Source: Basidiobolus meristosporus CBS 931.73 | Lineage: Eukaryota; Fungi; Basidiobolomycota | NCBI GenBank assembly: GCA_002104905.1 | Contig: MCFE01000095.1 | Span: 62,001-126,000, forward strand | DNA length: 64,000 nt | Direction: 5' to 3' | Shown: one piece after another, positions 27,610-41,270 of the stretch | How positions within the stretch are numbered: position 1 is the first letter of the stretch | How the letters are laid out: each line of letters starts with the position of its first letter | Made by a program: the position numbers and the translations under genes | The notes under the pieces: generated by a model | Told to the model about the DNA's origin: nothing | Databases searched by the model: none | Seen by the model: only the letters and a program-made list of their open reading frames with translations

Positions 27610-28720
27610 TCTTAGTCAGCACAGTAGACATATGCAATTAGAACAAACATGTCAGGAGGCACAGGCCAAAGTCTCTGAGAGTGCAGAAAAGATGAAGTAG
27701 AGGTTTGGGAAGACAATATCACTAGAGGCTTTGACAGTTGGAGACTTGGTATTGCTCAGAAACAACACCAGAAGAAGTTTGAGCCTCAATTGATGGGTCC
27801 ATTCAAGATCATCATGGTATGTCTGTTTGCAACTTACCAGCTAGTAGATAAACAAGTATCTATCCAAGAAGATCTAGTTAATCATGATAGACTCAAGCTT
27901 GCAAGACTTACTGGCAATGCCAAACCATCAAGATACTGGTACCATTAGAAATTAGATTTAGGAGAACCCTCTCACCTTTAGTAGGGAAAAAAGCTATGAT
28001 CTGACTCTTCAATGACAATGTTAGATCAGTCCTTAGTCAGCTCAATTAGTTTTATGTCTAACCTATCACTATATCAGTATTGACTATCAGATCAGTAGTA
28101 TCAGTCAGCAGATGCGTATAAGAAAGAAGTATATATTCTAAGTAAGATCCAATTAGGTGAAGATGAAGTTATTGAATGAAAATTCAGCCACAACCAATGT
28201 CAGTAAACACAATCACTCCGTAACAATCCTGCAAAATGTATATAAGGAGCTGCTAGAACCTCAGTACATACCAGTTTGAGTTTCATTGAATACAATACAA
28301 GCTAAACTCCCTATTCAGCTACAACTCTTATATCTGTTCCATTTTAAGAAGTGATTTGCATATAAGGAACTTACCAAGAAATAGTGATAATAGTTGAATT
28401 ATTGCTTATTCATAAAGAAGCTCAGTATTTGTACCTTTGTAGAAGTAATACAGCTGTAACACTAAGGAAGGAAGGTTTCTCAACATTCAGGAGTATTCTG
28501 TAATATTTTCAGGGTTAGTACATAATGCTTGGTAAAGGTGTTTTTTTGGTCTTGACTATAGGGGAATGAACATAGGATCATATATCTGAAGAAACTGGCA
28601 AATTTAGGGCTATAGGATAGTTCTGTAGTGACCAAGACTTGTTCAGAACTGTTAAGTAAATTTTTAGCTGCTAAATGATACCAAATAGTTCAATATTTCA
28701 ACAGTACCAAGAATTGTACA
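27610..28720 (+). mobile_element. Gypsy B 3' end (integrase tail, PPT, 3' LTR) with an LTR-C inserted near the LTR end
   Basis: Aligns with 17630-18340; LTR-B resumes after 28703 as GTACCAAGAATTGTACA. Confidence 0.8.
28335..28703 (-). repeat. Solo LTR-C (minus)
   Basis: Reverse complement of LTR-C; ends AATATTTCAACA; degenerate TSD ATATC/GTACC. Confidence 0.8.
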
Positions 28721-29226
28721 CTTGCTTGAAGCTTCTGAACTAGTCTCAGTCTCTAGACTTTCTTCAATGTATCATGCCAGGGTGTACTGTGCTATTCACT
28801 GCATCTAACATTGATTGAAGATGGTAATATTACCAACAGTATGTACAATTGCTGTTGGACTATCTTGCACTATGTGGGGCAATTTTGCGCACTATAGTAC
28901 AACTTGATACAGTAAGGGTGGCATATATGACTGCACCAGATTGTAAGAATTGCATTTCATATGCATTTGGATACTGCTATAATGGTAGGTAAAATATGTA
29001 GATGAATATTACTTTTCAATTTAAGTGGTAACAATCATATGTAATATTGTAAGCTATATTGAGGATCACCATATTGGTTACCATCAGCTTCATTGTCTAG
29101 TAGGTCAGTGGTTGATGTGCCTAATAATATCCAAAAGCTCTGAGTCCCCAATTGACTCATTTGCCAATAAGCAAGCTACCTGCTCAATATCAGATATTCA
29201 TTTTGCCTATTTAGCAAGTAAATCCC

Positions 29227-29592
29227 CATGACAAGTCTTGATATTATAGTTGCAGTGGAGTAGGGAGTTTATCTGGTATTTTATTCAATGAAACTTGAAC
29301 TGATATTTCTTGATGCTCTAGCAGCTCCTTGTATACATTTTAACAATGATTGGCTGACTAGTTGTACTTACTAATGTAGGTTGTGGCTGATGACTCATTT
29401 AATTGCACTATCATCACTTGGTTGGACCTTACTTGAAATTTGCTTTTCTGTCCGCTAAGTATATGCTGATTTATCTGCTGACTGATAATATTGATTGGAT
29501 ATATAATACTGATACACTGATAGGCTAAACATAAAGCTAATTGATTGGACCAAAAATTGATCCAACATAAACATAAGTATCAGATGATAACA
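29227..29592 (-). repeat. Solo LTR-B (minus) inserted in repeat Y (29040-29650)
   Basis: Reverse complement of LTR-B; flanked by TCCC on both sides; flanks rejoin to match 6320-6370. Confidence 0.75.
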
Positions 29593-29667
29593 TCCCTGAT
29601 TGCAGTAAATGGACCAGGTGTTGTAGCTGACATGCATTCAGTGAGGATGCTGCAAGACAGATCAAGC

Positions 29668-29905
29668 TGTTGAAATATTAGAGAGATATATTGGAAGTGA
29701 ATTGGAGAATTAGAAGATTTACATGATATTCACTTGATGTTTTATTGAGTTGCAACACAGTATTTATACTTATTGCAGAACTATGTAAATGTGACTATTT
29801 TGTCATTATTAGAGGAGTCTCAGAAGTACATGTGCCAAGTTTTAGCTCATTTAAACAAGTTTGAGATTTTCCTAAAATTATGTACTTCTCTAATTCCTAA
29901 TAATT
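29668..29905 (-). repeat. Truncated LTR family E
   Basis: Reverse complement of ~22790-23030. Confidence 0.7.
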
Positions 29906-30539
29906 AGTCCAACACAAACTGCTGCACTGTTGATACAGATCATATATAAACTTACATTATGTTTATTTGTAGGAACACTGTCTTTGGTGTGGAACAACTT
30001 TGATATCCCTTGTATCAAGTATTTAGCAACTGTTTGTCAGCTATGGCTCAGTATTGATATACAAGAGAGAACCTATACATATGATTATGATACATTATAG
30101 CATCATCTGCTGATTTTTTCTCACAGTTATAACTAGATATGCATTTTGAGGTAATTCATATTACTTTGGCAGACCTGTGTTAAATAAAGCAGTTTGGCAA
30201 GCTCTGTTAGTTTGATCTGAACTGCATGTGGTGACTTAGTGTAGGGCACTCTTGTAAAGGAGCTTGGTGCTGATTTGATTTGTATACCTTCTGATTTTGT
30301 AGGCTCTTATTTACCCTCTGTCTAACACCTTGAAGCTGTAGCTGAGATTAGTTCAGGGGATGTTGCTGTCCAAAGCAGCTTAGCTCTACTAATATATCAT
30401 GCTCAGCATTTGTTACTAGAGGTCAAAATCTGCTCAAGATTTCCTTGCTTGCAAAAGTTAAGGCTCTTGCATCTGGTTTGTACTTTGTACTTACACACCA
30501 AATTGCTTACACACAGCCTCCTCAATAAGTATTCCTTCC

Positions 30540-30829
30540 CGGAGCTCATTCTTGACTGGAATACTTGTCTTGTTTATATCTTCTTGCATACATCTTCTAG
30601 TATCATGCTATAGAACTCATGCCATAACTTTCTGCCAAGCTTCTTCCATCCATATCAGCTCTCTGAGGTATCTAGCTCTGCCAGATGAATGAGTGGCACC
30701 CAAATGTCTGTACAATGGCTTATCTTCAACACTTGAGCTACACTGCAGTCACTTGGCAAGAGCTGAAATAGACCCATCATCATCTTTTCAGCTTGCAACT
30801 AAGCTTGTGAGCTAAGGAGGAGATTTTGC
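30540..30829. repeat. Unclassified dispersed repeat W, truncated by the CMC element terminus
   Basis: Homology to 25200-25520 stops at the CCCTA terminus. Confidence 0.65.
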
Positions 30830-33589
30830 CCCTATGAACAATAATTTGGTCCTGCAGGTGGATCCAATCAGGATCATCCGTCAAGATCACGCTTAGAGAC
30901 TGTCATAATAACAGCAGCTTGGAATTAGTGACCCTCCTGACAATCTAATAACAAGATCATGACAGTGTTTTGCAAATTTTACAGCCAAATAGAGGGATAA
31001 AACTTGAAAATTTTTGATTGGTGCTGTGACAATATTTGCATGGTATTGTTGCGTTCTTTCAGTGCTCTATTTCTATTTTGAGTGAATCCAGTTGGCCAGG
31101 ACATCCAATTGCCTTATATGGCAAGAAACTTGACGGTATTTTGAAGGCCTCACAGCAAGACTCTGATGGCTTTCTCTTGGCAGTATTAAGGTCTGCCACT
31201 GGTTCTGTATAATGCTACCATACCAGTTTACCAAATGATATTTCCATTTTCTACCTCCCCTTGTGGAGTTCATATATTCCACTGTAGAATTACCTTTCTT
31301 TATTTGCTTACCCACTACTACCTTGGGTATTCCACATATAGTTTGAATCAAAAAAAACTATGGCCTCCTACTTACCAACCTCCACAAACACACACACCTG
31401 CTGTAATTGAATACTTCTATTACCTCAGCTCTACGGCTTTTTAGTGTGATACTTGCAAAGTTGCTATATACCTTGTACTGCTGGTAGCATATACATCTTG
31501 CAAACATATGCTTGATTGTTGCCACTTCTGCCACAAATACCTCCTGAATATTGGCAAAGAACTTCTTTGTACTTAGCCAATATATTCCTTCTCCCTGCTG
31601 GATTTGAGTCCCCCTTATAGGTGCGCTCTGGCTTTTGTTTGTGTGAATTTTGTGCTGAATGGTGTAGAAGTTTGCTTGTGACCACAAGAAATCCGGCATA
31701 TCTTGGTGGAGTTTTCCTGATAAAAATTAGTTGCTTGTTGCACCCAACCCAACTTTGCATTACTTAACTGATTGCCCATGCATTGGGGCTGCTTAGCTTC
31801 TTAATGCCATAGGCATAGGTGTCTCCATGTGCATATTTGTCCTCAGTATTTTCCAACTCTTTCTGGCTGTCCTCCATGTGCCAACTCATCACATCCATGA
31901 CAGACTTGAAGGTAATATTCTTAATGAGATTGGGATATGGTAGCACCTGCAACTTGACTTGTCTTCCTATCTCCCCACACATCCACTCCATAGGAAACTC
32001 CCAAAAGGTAAAGCTAGGCCCAATATTCTCCACACACTGTGCAAGATGGAGTATAGAATGGATACAGTAGCGGCAGAGATCTACATGTTCAGCTTTATGT
32101 TTGTAATAGAGCTGCTAAAATCCCTTCACAAACTCCTCACACAACAGTTGTAGATATGGCCAGTTGGCATTGGTGATCCACTTTGGGATAATTATTCCAA
32201 CAATGTCCACATATGACTCCCAATGCTTCCATTGTTCTCTTGGTAGGAATGGCTTCAGAACACCACTTGAATAAACAGATATCCAGCTCATCCAGTCTTT
32301 CCATTTGTATTGGTGCATATGTGTATGAATATTGATTGGAGCTTGTGAGAAGTACTTAGGGTAGCAGATACTCTGTAATATCTTGCCAATTTTTTAAATT
32401 TCTCCGGTATCTTTAAGGGCTTATTTAGCTTGGAATGCCCCATGTACAACTTGGTCATCAGTATAGGGATATTGTTGAAAAGCAAATGCATTAATCCCAG
32501 TGGAAAGCTTTTGCTCCAACAGATACCCTCTATCTTAAGTATCTCTGGTCTCCAATTGATTCCATATTCCAACTAATGGCTTATAGCTTGCCAACTTTGC
32601 AGCAATTGCATGCTTACTGCTGTATGTTCTCTCTGTGGAAAGATGATATTCTTAGTGTTGGTATTTAGGTAATAATAATGAGGGCAAGTTATGGTGTAAA
32701 TCCCCTGGATCTCACACATTTGACAGCAATACCATCCATTGTGCCCAGAAAAGCCAGCTTACTTGCTGATGGCTGGGGTATCTCCAATGCAAATAGTAAT
32801 ATGCGCCTTTACATGACAGCCATTTACCGTTATTGTGCTGGAAAGCATACAAAACTCATCCAGCAATGGATACAGATAGCTATCTAGGTTGGACGGTGAT
32901 TTAGGCCCAGATACCAGTGAGACTACCATCAGATTATTGCTCTGATACTGTAAGATGGGCAGCAGATTCAGATTGATGAGAATCAGTGGCCAGCAGGATT
33001 TGCTGGTAGAGTACTTGTTTAGTGAGAATCCATCTAGTGCTAAAGCAAAGATATGGTCATACATACCTTCAAAAGAGCCCTTGCTTCTTAGCTGTTTGTA
33101 ATGTTTGCCATCAAATGTATTGGATATGTTTGCGCTTGATTGATACTGAGTGCGGTACTGTATAGCCTTGCAATATTTGTCAGACTGCATCAGCTTCCTC
33201 AGACAGGGTATGACCAGAACATATCCAGAGTATGAACAATGTTTTCCCTCACTGGTGGTGGATTCCTGACAATTTGGACATGTTATAATGGTAGCATTTT
33301 AGGATGTGAATGCTATGAAACTGTTAACACATGTAGGAATCAGGACAGTCTCTGAATCATATGTTGCCAGCTGCATGAGGGTTGTCCACTTGTACCATGT
33401 ACATGGTAAGTTGCATCCCGGTATGATTTTGGCAAGAAGTAGTAACAAATTCTCAAAGCCCCCATTGCTGATATTAGCGGAAACACACCACTTCTCTAGC
33501 CACAACATTACATCATTCACCTGTAGATGGATTACTGGGCTCACTTGGCTCAAGAAAGTATCCTTGGCATTTGTTTCAACAGGTGTAGT

Positions 33590-33938
33590 TGTTGTAAAAA
33601 TTTGTATTTCCACCTAAATATTCACCTAACTTAGTCACTTAGATCATCACCTTCAATTCCTAGAGAGTACTGACCAAATTCCTTGTCGGGATTTACTGAG
33701 AATATTTTCACCAAAATGCCAGGTACCCACAACATGAAAATTCTCAAAGTTGTCCAAAGAGCCCCAAGCTTTGCACACATGTTCTTGGGACCTTCCTTAA
33801 CCTATTCTACGTGCTTGTAATGCCAAGACCAGGTACAAGTATAAATACTACTTTTACATTCAATTAATCATCAAGTGAAAACCACATAATCTACTTGTTC
33901 TCCAAATCACTTCCAATATCTCCAAGACTCTTACAACA
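33590..33938 (+). repeat. 5' LTR of copia A
   Basis: TGTTG...CAACA, direct repeat of 37926-38274. Confidence 0.97.
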
Positions 33939-33950
33939 GGTTATGAGCCC
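33939..33950 (+). promoter_or_regulatory. Internal (half-tRNA-iMet) primer binding site GGTTATGAGCCC
   Basis: Abuts the 5' LTR; same motif class as yeast Ty5 and Drosophila copia PBS; variants at 4902, 7194, 9529 and 51155. Confidence 0.85.
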
Positions 33951-33969
33951 CAAGCTGTCACTCTCTGCA

Positions 33970-36900
33970 ATGTCTACTACTGCTATTACTGGAATTTTTC
34001 CCTCTGCTGAAAAGTTGGATGGCTCTAACTACCAAGTGTGGAAGGTGAAAATGATGATGCTGCTACAAGAAAGAGGCCTTTGGGATATTGTCATGGGAGA
34101 AGAATGCCCTCCTAAAAACGTGGGAGAGGAAGCCTTAAAGTACCAGAAGAAAGAACAAAGTGCATTTAACTGCATTTGCCTTAATGTCAAGGACAAATTG
34201 CTAATTCAATGCTCAAAAGCAAAAACAGCCAAGAATGCCTGGAAGGCATTAGAAGACACCTACCAGTCATGTTCAGCTGCCAAGAAAATGTATCTGAGAA
34301 GAAAATTCTTTACTACAAAGATGCTGTCAGGAGAAGAAACAAAAAATCTAATTAACAGAATTACCCTGCTGGTAGATGAGATGGAATCTGTGGGCGTACC
34401 TACTACCAATGAGGATGTGATAGTTACCATCCTGAATAGCCTGACAGATGAGCTTCAGGGCCTTGTATCAGCTCTAGAGTCCAGAACTGAAGATTTGACC
34501 TTAAATTATGTATATGGAAGGCTCCTGGATGAAGAATTAAGAAAATTAAGCGCCAATAAGAAGGAAGAAGAAAATGCTTTAATAAGCAATGATAACCAAC
34601 GAAGGAGGTACCCAAGACCTTACAAAGGCAACAGCAACCTATTTTGCAACTACTGCAAAAGGAAAGGACACACATCAGACCGGTGCTTCAAAAAGAGAGA
34701 TTACCAGCAAAAGAAGCCTGAATATGGAAATGCTGCAACAACTGAAGATAGACTATTCATATCTGCACTAAATATGACCTCAAACAAGGATTCTCAGACG
34801 TGGTATATTGACTCTGGAGCTTCTCAACACTTTACACACCAAAAAGAACTTTTTACCCAATATCAAGAACTTCCAATTGAGAAGGTTTTCATGGGTGACA
34901 ATAGAACACTTGATGCAGTGGGAGAAGGAACTATCCAACTAAACCTTAGAAGCAGTGAAGGAAGCCATACACTGACCTTTAAAGAAGTACTCTATGTACC
35001 AGAAATAGCCACGAACCTACTCTCTGTAAGCAAGGCCACAGCAGAAGGACTCAGTTTCAGTTTTGACAATTCTGGATGCAGGATCACTGATCAAAATGGT
35101 GCTCATATTGCTTTGGGCATCAGAGATCTGAATCTATACTAGTTGACTTATATTCCATCATATCTGGAAGCCAATATAAGTAACTTAAATGAAGAAACAC
35201 CAATGCTTTGGCACTGGAGATTTGGGCACATCAATTTTGATTATTTGAGCAAAATGATCAAAGATCAGCTAATTTCTGGAGTGAAAATGGATCCCCCAGC
35301 TAATTTGGAGCACTGTGAAGCCTGCATATATGGGAAACAAGCCAGACAACCATTCAAGAGCTCTGGGTTAATCAAAACTAAGAAAGAATTAGATCTAATT
35401 CACTCAGATCTGTGTGGACCAATGCAAAATTTATCCTTAGGTAGGATGAAGTATTTAATCACTTTTATTGATGATTATACAAGATACACATGGGTCTACT
35501 TCATGGAGAGAAAGGAAGAAGCTCTGTCTAAGTTCAGGGAGTTTATATCCATGGTGTAGAGAGAAACTGGTGAAAAAATCAAGAAAATATGCTCTGACAA
35601 TGGTGGAGAATATACCTCAAAACTCTTCATCCACTTCTGCAAAATTCATGGGATAAAGCAAGAGACTACTGTACCATACTCCCCACAGCAAAATGGAGTA
35701 GCAGAACAAGCTAACAGATCAATAATTGATATGGCAAGATCTATGATCCATGATCAAAAATTATCCTATGATTTTTGGGCAGAATCAGTTGCCACTGCTA
35801 TATATCTTAAAAATAGGAGTTATATCAGAACACTTTATGATTCTACTCCATTTAAAGCATGGTATGGATACAGACCAAGTGCAGAACATCTAAGAATATT
35901 TGGGTGTACAGCATATGCCAAAAAACTGGCCGGAAATCAGTCAAAATTTGAGCCAAAAAGTGTAAAATGCATATTTTTGGGCTACTACAATGAGAGTAAG
36001 GCATACAGTCTCTACAATACCAAAGCAAAGAAGCTGATCAAGTCCAGGGATGTGTTGTTTGATGAAAATGCAAAATTTTCACAAAAAATGACATCAGATG
36101 ATGACAAAAATTTGATCTCATGTCCACCAGTTGTCAGGATTGAATCAGAGCAAAACAATAAAAATTTTTTCACTCCAGAGGACTCTACAACTGTGGTTTG
36201 GCCAGAATCAGTGCCCAGGAATATCCCAGAAGTGATCATTCCAGTATCAAATGCCCGGAGATCCAATTGGACAAGAAATAGCCCAAATTACTATATCAAT
36301 GAGGGTACAAACTTAGCCTATGCCTAATCAGTCCATGTTGATGAACCCCAGACTGTAAAAGAGGCCCTAAATAGCCCTCAGACAAGGTTTTGGCGATCTG
36401 CAAAGACTGAGGAATATCAGGCACTGATGGAAAATCAAACTTGGGACTTAGTCAAATTACCAATCAACCAAGAATCAATTGGATGCAGATGGGTCTTCAA
36501 GACAAAATACAAGGCTGATGGTACAATTGAAAGATACAAAGCAAGACTTGTAGCCAAAGGATACTCTCAAACAAAAGGACTTGACTACACTGAGACCTTT
36601 GCACCGGTAGTCAAGTTTAACTCCATCAGATTAATATTGGCTATTGCAGCCAAATATAAGTTTTTTATTCATCAAATGGATGTAAAAACAGCATTTTTGA
36701 ATGGAGAACTTGATGAGGATGTGTATATGGACCAGCCTGATGGGTTTGTTGACCAAGATAACCCCCATTTGGTCTGTAAGCTTAAAAAGTCACTATATGG
36801 TCTCAAACAATCACCTAGAGCCTGGAATTGCAAGATAGATTCTTATTTAGAATCTTTGAGTTTCAAGAGAAGTAATGCTGACTATAGTATATACTATAAG

Positions 36901-37914
36901 CCAGATAGAGCAAATCCAGTTCTATTAGCTCTATATGTGGATGATCTTATTATAGCCACCAATAACCTAGAAACATTGGAAGAGACTAAATCCAGCCAAT
37001 ATAAGGAGTTCAAGATGTCCAATCTAGGAGAACTTAGTTACTACTTAGGGATTAAGTTCTCCATAGACAGAAGTACCCAGACTATTACCCTAAGCCAATC
37101 CAAGTATATTCAAGATATACTAAAGAAGTACAAAATGGAAGACTGTAAACCAACAGCAACCCCAATGGAGACAAACCTTAACTTGGTCAAAACTCAACCA
37201 AATCAAGAGAGCTTGGTGCCATCTGAAAGCCCTGACTCTCCTTATCAATCTATGTTCAGCAGTCTGATGTATATCATGCTTGGAACATGTCCATATATCT
37301 CATATTCAGTGGGAGTTGTCAGCCAACATAATCAGAACTATGGATCTGATCATATTGCAGCAGTTAAGCGGATTTTTAGATACCTAAAAGGAACTGCTGA
37401 TATCTGCTTAAGATACACTTATAAGGATTTAGAACAGGATCTTGTGGGATACTCTGATGCTGGTTGGAGACAAAATTTGGAAGACAGAAGATCCACCACA
37501 GTATACACCTTTCTATACTGTAAAGGAGCAATTTCATGAAATTCAAGAAAGCAACCAACCGTAGCACTTTCTACTACAGAGGCAGAGTATATGGCAGCCT
37601 GTGAGGCTACAAAAGAAGCAATGTGGTTAAGAAAGCTCCTTACAGATTTAGGCCTATGTCAAAAAACGCCTATTACTTTATTTCAAGATAATCAAGGATG
37701 TATACAATTAGGTAGAAATCCAACTTTTCATGCTAGAACCAAGCACATAGATATTAGACATCATTTCATAAGTGAAGCTATAGAGAATAACTTAGTTAGC
37801 TTAGTTTACTGTCCTACAGATGAAATGATTGCAGACATATTTACCGAACCATTAGCTAGAGACAAGTTTGAATATCTTAGGTCAAAATTAGGACTAGTCA
37901 GTATGAACATTTAG
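33970..37914 (+). pseudogene. gag-pol: Copia gag-pol polyprotein, single frame with four premature stops
   Basis: CCHC knuckle, WYIDSGAS, WHWRFGH, HSDLCGP/SDNGGEY/GVAE, KARLVAKGY, YVDDL, TEAEY/DNQG; stops at 35140, 35557, 36325 and 37537; all track ORFs share one frame. Confidence 0.95.
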
Positions 37915-37925
37915 CTGAGTGGGAG

Positions 37926-38274
37926 TGTTGTAAAAATTTGTATTTCCACCTAAATATTCACCTAACCTAGTCACTTAGATCATCACCTTCAAATCCTAGA
38001 GAATACTGACCAAATTCCTTGTTGGGATTTACTTAGAATATTTTCACCAAAATGCCAGGTACCCACAACATGAAAATTCTCAAAGTTGTCCAAAGAGCCC
38101 CAAGCTTTGCACACATGTTCTTGGGACCTTCCTTAACCTATTCTACGTGTTTGTAATGCCAAGACCAGGTACAAGTATAAATACTACTTTTACATTCAAT
38201 TAATCATCAAGTGAAAACCACATAATCTACTTGTTGTTCCAATCACTTCCAATATCTCCAAGACTCTTACAACA
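37926..38274 (+). repeat. 3' LTR of copia A
   Basis: Direct repeat of the 5' LTR, preceded by the PPT. Confidence 0.97.
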
Positions 38275-38909
38275 GTAGTCTCATTGCATATAGGGATTTG
38301 ACCAGGCTCATACGTGGTACTGTTGTCAGAGGAGATAGGCCCAAAATCCATCAGTGAGCCTTCTTTGTCAGAGCTATCACTCTGTGTGCCATATTCAGAA
38401 GGCTGAGGTGAGCCTAAAGGCGTCACAAACTCACCTGACTCAGTTTGCGCAAGGTGACAAAGATGGCCAGGTGCCAATATAGAAGCATCAACTGGCCAGC
38501 AAGATAATGTTGGTACAGTAGTGACCAATGAATGGTCAAATATGACTTGGGTGGCAAAACACCGGCCATGATCCTTGTAATACTTCCTATGCTGTCTGCG
38601 TGTTTCATGGCTGAGAGGCTTGCAACAATAGCCACATGGTCTTTTTTCTCTTCTCTTACAGCGTTGAGTTAATGTAGTCTTGTCCATGGGGCAAACAGTT
38701 TGACCTTCAACAATATAATGCTATTATATCACTTTTTGGTCAATACTCATGTGAACTTAAGACAGTCTTGTATTTGAGACATTGCACCTACATAAATGTA
38801 AGATTCAATGATGACCTGCCATAGTACGCATTATAAATAAAGTTGTGTCACCACATACACACGTATATGTAACACTATTTCCCCTTTGGCTTGACTCACT
38901 TCCATATAT

Positions 38910-41270
38910 ATGCCACCAAAAAATAAAGCAAAGTTGTCTGGTTCTCAACCCAACCCCACCACTGATGGCAACAGAGGAATGGTTGGACAACAGCTTGCTT
39001 CAACATTCTGTGCAACAAGTGGGGCTACATCCAAAAAAGGCCCTGTGGACAGTGTGCCCATTGAAGGTAATAATGCAGACTCCTAGGCTCTCAGTCAAGT
39101 AGGCAATTGAGAACCTCTGCAGAGCCACAACCTGACTGTTATGCTCAGGCAGATGAGAATGTAGCAAACACAGTACCCTCAGTTGAAGATCAGCCAGTGG
39201 CCATGATACATCACCACCACCCATATTAGCAAGTATGTTGTCAGCTCATACCAAAGCATTAATGAAGCTATTAGGCTCAGTGGCTGGTAGGACAGATGCA
39301 ATGGCCCAGAGAAATCAGGAAGTAGTCCAGAAACAGGATGTGCAGATAATACATGTAGAGCAATCAATATCCCAGGTAGATAAAGCAGTATCTTTGCTGC
39401 AAAGAAGGAACTCAAGTAGGTCAATGTCACAGCCAAGAATTGAGCCACTTCCTGATGTAACAGCAGAGGAACACCGTACAGTCTTTGGAGCACAATAACA
39501 GTGCCCAAAGATAAAGCCCACAGAAAAACCTATTACAGCATGGGAGGGAAACAATGTGGTGTTTATACCAAAGCCTAAAAATCAAAAGACATTGAAGATC
39601 CATGAAGCCATAGAGTGCAATAATGAAGAGTGGGCTAATATACAAGAGGCCATCAGAAGTCTAGCATGCGATTGCCTTAAGGCCAGCATACCATGGGACC
39701 ATCAGGAACTCAAGGCCTTGCAGAATGCACTTGACTTGTTCCATGAGCATTATCCTGGATTCAAATGGGCAAACAGATTTTGGGCCAGCATTAGTATGCT
39801 AAGAAAGTATCATAAGAATAGCAGAAACCATCAAAGGCAGAAGAACAAGGGTGCCATGGCTAAAAACCAGCAGCTTCCTCAAGAGCCCATCACAAGCAGG
39901 GCCAAAGGCTCCAGACAAGCATCAAAAAGACACCAAGCAGCTGGAAGAGTGCCAATCAAGAACAAGTAGGGAGATATGGATACACCAGCACAACATGTAT
40001 CAAGGAAAAAGCGTAGTACTACTCAAGAAGCACCCAGTCAAAGTAGCAGTGAAGGATCTGGCAGTGATAAAAACCAGCCACTTTGACAGGAGCCTGTCAC
40101 AACTACGGTTGAGAGATCAAAACAAGCTGAAAAGAAATGTCAGGTTGCCAGAAGAGTGCCAGCAAGGGACAAGCAGTCCAAAACAGATGCGTCAGAACAG
40201 ATTTATCCAGGAGAAAATGTAGTTCTTTACAAGAAGCATTCAGACAAAGTAGCAGTGAAAGACCTGGCAGTGATCAAGGAAAAGGTAAAGTGATAAATGT
40301 CTAACCAAGCCTGAGACAGGGAGGCATGCAAAAAAAACTGCAGTTCTCACCAATTAATCCTGCAAGCCAGGAACAGACTGAATCCCATCATAGCCAAGAA
40401 GAATTACCAACAAGAAAACAGCTGTTTTCACAAGAGTTGGAAGTGCAGCCAGTTGATCTACACTCCAGCAAGGTAGATGAGTTTGCTGAAAAAGGCAATT
40501 TGTCTACCACAGCCTCCACAGCATCCATTGTTGACGGAGTGGAGATCCCACTGTCAGACAAGGCTACAACATCAAGAGCTTGAAAGACTATCACAATGCC
40601 TTCAGTAGAGCTTTGGAATATTCATAGGCACACCAAGAGGTTGCAGCACTTCTTCAATAGCAGTGCTTAAGAAAATGCACTGGAATATTACAAGGATTTG
40701 TTGCAAAGACTGGCAGATAAGGAGCTAGACCTTGCAGTGCCAGCTGAAGACCAGGATGTGTGGGAACCATTGAATGAACAGTGGCATAAAGCTGTTGGGT
40801 TCCCCCCAAAGTTGTGGAACCACAGCATTACTGCAGAAATACTTATTGAGTGGTGGATTTTGACAGAGTTACTTGTTGAGTGTGGGGTTGAGCTTAATGC
40901 AAGTGTAGGGTATAGAGACTTGTAAAGGTCAATACAATTAGCAATTGAGGTACAACTGAAGTTTCAATGGAAATAAACCAATTTGTACCCATGAAAAGTA
41001 AGAGAAATGGTTGAGTCAGGAAGTAAGGAGTGTGAAAAAGAGGCAATAGCCAATCAATTTACAGAAATGTAGGAGGCAATAGAGTGTCTGGGATCAGAAA
41101 GTGAGCAAACTGGCAGGGAACCAATCAAAAGCCACTTATACATTGTTGTGATGAAAAATTTTGACAAAGTTTGTTGTGAAATCTGGGGTGCAATTATTTT
41201 TCAGCAGTCTCTGGATGGTGTCCTGATGAGATCAGTACCTCTTAGTCATGGGACATTAACTTTGTGAAGG
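38910..41270 (+). pseudogene. Second (accessory) ORF of CMC copy A, function unknown
   Basis: Begins MPPKNKAKLSGSQP; coiled-coil-like segment; motif WANIQEA.RSLA...PWDHQ...YPGFK.AN.FWASI.MLR..KNSRN; conserved in copies B and C; broken by stops and frameshifts; end approximate. Confidence 0.7.

Larger units (their letters stand above)
33590..38274 (+). mobile_element. Near-complete Ty1/copia element, family A (4685 bp)
   Basis: 349-bp LTRs 33590-33938 and 37926-38274 with ~9 differences; TSD GTAGT; PBS; PPT TGAGTGGGAG; gag-PR-IN-RT-RH order; flanks rejoin the transposase. Confidence 0.97.
31300..38687 (-). pseudogene. Tnp2/Transposase_21-family transposase of copy A, split by copia 33590-38274
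   Basis: N-terminal CxxCC...TRRQH; FDGKHY, ALALDGF, CWPLILINLNL, GPKSPSNLDSYLYPLLDEF, GDTPAI, PLGLMHLLFNNI, WEFPME(W/Q)MCG; several stops and frameshifts. Confidence 0.88.

Noticed and set aside
40700-41150. Antisense frame conserved between CMC copies A and C (KWLLIGSL...SLSDP)
   Set aside because: It is the mirror of the plus-strand E/K-rich ORF2 C-terminus, which explains the conservation
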